The notes under the pieces: model-generated
What the model saw: only the letters and a program-made list of their open reading frames with translations
What the model was told of the DNA's origin: nothing
Databases searched by the model: none
NCBI RefSeq assembly: GCF_963921235.1
Contig: NC_086107.1
Coordinates: 99,884,001-99,948,000, forward strand
Direction: 5' to 3'
Origin: Mobula hypostoma
Lineage: Eukaryota
Length of the DNA: 64,000 bases
Translations under genes and position numbers: made by a program
Part shown: positions 61,325-64,000 of the stretch, piece by piece
Position numbering within the stretch: position 1 is the first letter of the stretch
Layout of the letters: each line of letters opens with the position of its first letter

Positions 61325-62678
61325 TTAATTTCATGTTTTATTGTTTTACAACAATGAATCACAGTGGATTTAATTTGGCTTTTTTTGACACCAATCAACA
61401 GAAAAAGACTCTTTCGTGTCAAAGCGAAAACAGAACTCTACAAACTGATCTAAATTAATTACAAATATAAGATCAAAATAATTGACTCCTTAAGTATTCA
61501 CCACTTTAATATGACACACCAAATCATTACTAGTGCAACCAATTGGTTTGAGAAGTCACATAATTAATTAGATGGAGATCACCGTGTGTAGCCAAAGTGT
61601 TTCAATTAATTGTAGTAAAAATACACCTGTATCTGGAAGGTCCAACTGCTGGTGAGTCAGTATCCTGGCAAAAACTACACTCTGAAGACAAAAGAACACT
61701 CCAAGCAACTCTGCGAAAAGGTTATTGTAAAGCACAAGTCAGGAGATGGATGTAAGAACATTTCCAAGTCACTAACTATCCCTCACAGTACAGTTGTCAA
61801 TCATCAAGAAGTGGAAATAATATGGCACAGCTGTAAATCTGTCTAGAGAAGGCCGTCTTCAAAAACTGAGTGCCTGTGCAAGAATGGGGCCAGTGAGGGA
61901 GACCACCAAGTGACCTGTGACATATCTGGAGGAGTTACAAGTTTCAGAGACTGAGATGGGAGAGACTGCACATACAACAGCTGTTACCCAGGTGCTTTAT
62001 GAGAGAGTAGCAAAGAGAAGGCCACTGATGAAGAAAGCTCATATGAAATCTCTGCTAAAGTTTGTGAGAAGGCATATAGGAAAATCTGAAATCAGTGGGA
62101 AGAAGGTTCTATGGTGTGATGAAGCCAAAACTGAGTTTTTGGCCATCAGACTAAATGCTGTGTCTGGCTCAAGCCAAACATATAATCAAAAACACTAAGC
62201 ATGGTGGTGGCTGCATCATGCTGTGGGGATGGTTCACTGCAGCAGGCCCTGGAAGGCTTGTGAAGTTAGAGGGTAAAATGAATGCAGCAAAATACAGGGA
62301 AATCCTGATGCAGTCTGCAAGAGAACTGCATCTTGGGAGAAGATATGTTTTCCCCAAGCATAAAGCCAAAGCTACACAGGAATGGCTTAAAAACAACAAA
62401 GTTAATGTCTTGGAGTGGCCAGGTCAGAGTCCAGACCTCAATCCAATTGAGAATTTGTGGCTGGACATGAAAAGGACTGTTCACTTATGATCCCCATGCA
62501 ATCTGACAGAGCTTGAGCAATTTGTAAAGAATGGGGGAAAATTGCAGGTGTCCAGATGTGCAAAGTTGATAGACACCTATCCACGCAGACCAACGCTGTA
62601 ATTGCTGCCAAAGGTGCATCTACTAAATACTGACTTGAAGGGGGTGAATACTTATGCAATTAATTATTTTGTGTTTTA
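61325..62678 (+). mobile_element. Degenerate Tc1 transposon
   Basis: VLWCDEAKTE, KHGGGCIMLWG and WPGQSPDLNPIENLW across frameshifted ORFs. Confidence 0.92.
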
Positions 62679-62683
62679 CCATA

Positions 62684-63100
62684 AATAATCATATAACAAT
62701 TACAGCACAGAAACAGGCCATCTCGGCCCTTCTAGTCCGTGCTGAACACTTACTCTCACCTAGTCCCACCGACCTGCACTCAGCCCATAACCCTCCATTC
62801 CTTTCCTTCCATTTTGCCATCCAATTTACTTTAAATGACAATATCGAACCTACCTCTACCACTTCTGCTGGAAGCTCGTTCCACGCAGCTACCACTCTGA
62901 GTAAAGAAGTTCCTCACATGTTACCCCTAAACTTTTGCCCCCTAACTTTCAACTCATGTCCTCTTGTTTGAATCTCCCCTACTCTCAATGGAAACAGCCT
63001 ATCCATGTCAACTCTATCTATCCCCCTCATAATTTTAAATACCTCTATTAAGTCCCCCCTCAACCTTCTATGCTCCAAAGAATAAAGACCCAACTTGCTT
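62684..63100 (-). mobile_element. CR1 3' end
   Basis: VAAWNELPAEVVE; the same 3' tail occurs at about 61185-61325. Confidence 0.8.
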
Positions 63101-64000
63101 GTCAGTCATTAAGTATGGGAGAGCAAGCCACACTTCTCCAGTAAAATGTTTGTACAACTATGGGGTAGCTCTACCCAATTTCCTCAATCACTGGTCAAGC
63201 TAAGCCTAGATATTTGCAGACCTTGCTTTGTTTACTTTCTGCTGAGCTCCAAATCTCACATTCATTCCTTTACAATTTTATTTCTATATAACTTCATCTT
63301 GGAAATGTTACCAGTCTCACCCCATACCTACCTGTACACATTTTCCAACTAAAGGTTGTGTGCACCCCTGCATATTTTCAGATCCTCTCCCAAAGTTTCA
63401 CTTTTCCATAGTATCTCACTCAGAACTCTTGCAACTCCTGACACAATCTTCATTTCTTCACTGGATACCAGTCCTCATGGTTCAAAGTAATCAAAATCTT
63501 CAACATTTACAAATCTTTACATTTTATTTCTCAGAACTTTCTTGCCTGTATTCTAGTTTGCATCCTCTGCGTTGGGGTGGTTGTACATGCCAGTGTCTTT
63601 GCTTCACCACTCTTGATGCCTTTACCTATAAGCTTATGTGTCTTTGAACACATCTCAGATTACTCCATCTACTGCTGCTGCTCCCACTCTAAGAAGCATT
63701 GGCTAACGATCTAAATAAATGTCCCTGCTGTCTGCTTCCTATTTTACTATTCCCCTATTCCTTTATAAGGAGGTCTTGTTTGATTCTAGCAGTCTCTGAT
63801 CAGGCTGTGGGTGAAAAGAATGGCTATTTTTTCTGTTGTTGGGGGTGGGTGGAATTTATTTCCTTTACTTAGAGCGGGGGTTCCCAACTTTTTTTTAATC
63901 CCATGGACCCCTACCATTAACCGCGAGGTCTGTGGACCCTAGGTTGGGAACAGGTCCTTCGGCCCAATGAGATGGCACCTGCCCAATTGCAGATGTTCAG

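Overview
Vertebrate genomic DNA, most consistent with a cartilaginous fish (ray/shark-type repeat landscape: CR1, L2, Rex/Babar, Penelope, tRNA-SINEs, hAT, Tigger, Tc1, Harbinger). The only clearly recognisable host gene is an HMOX1-like heme oxygenase on the minus strand (ATG at 9772, running off the left edge). Its exons read 1-2a-3a-4a-2b-3b-4b with canonical GT-AG sites and matching phases. A shortened phase-2 exon 4a joins the first copy in frame to a second complete catalytic domain, predicting a tandem two-domain heme oxygenase of more than 465 aa. Exon 3 copies are about 98.6% identical and exon 2 copies about 79%, suggesting an old duplication with recent gene conversion. Upstream lie a TATA-like/E-box promoter, a cluster of StRE/MARE sites (about 22.5 kb) and a 39-bp minisatellite with an ARE core in every unit. 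Also present: Penelope-associated hammerhead ribozyme motifs, a 2.2-kb tandem duplication in which one copy of a CpG-island segment is inverted, a possible decayed unknown gene, and many nested transposon fragments. All calls were made by eye without database searches; repeat boundaries are approximate unless a TSD is cited.
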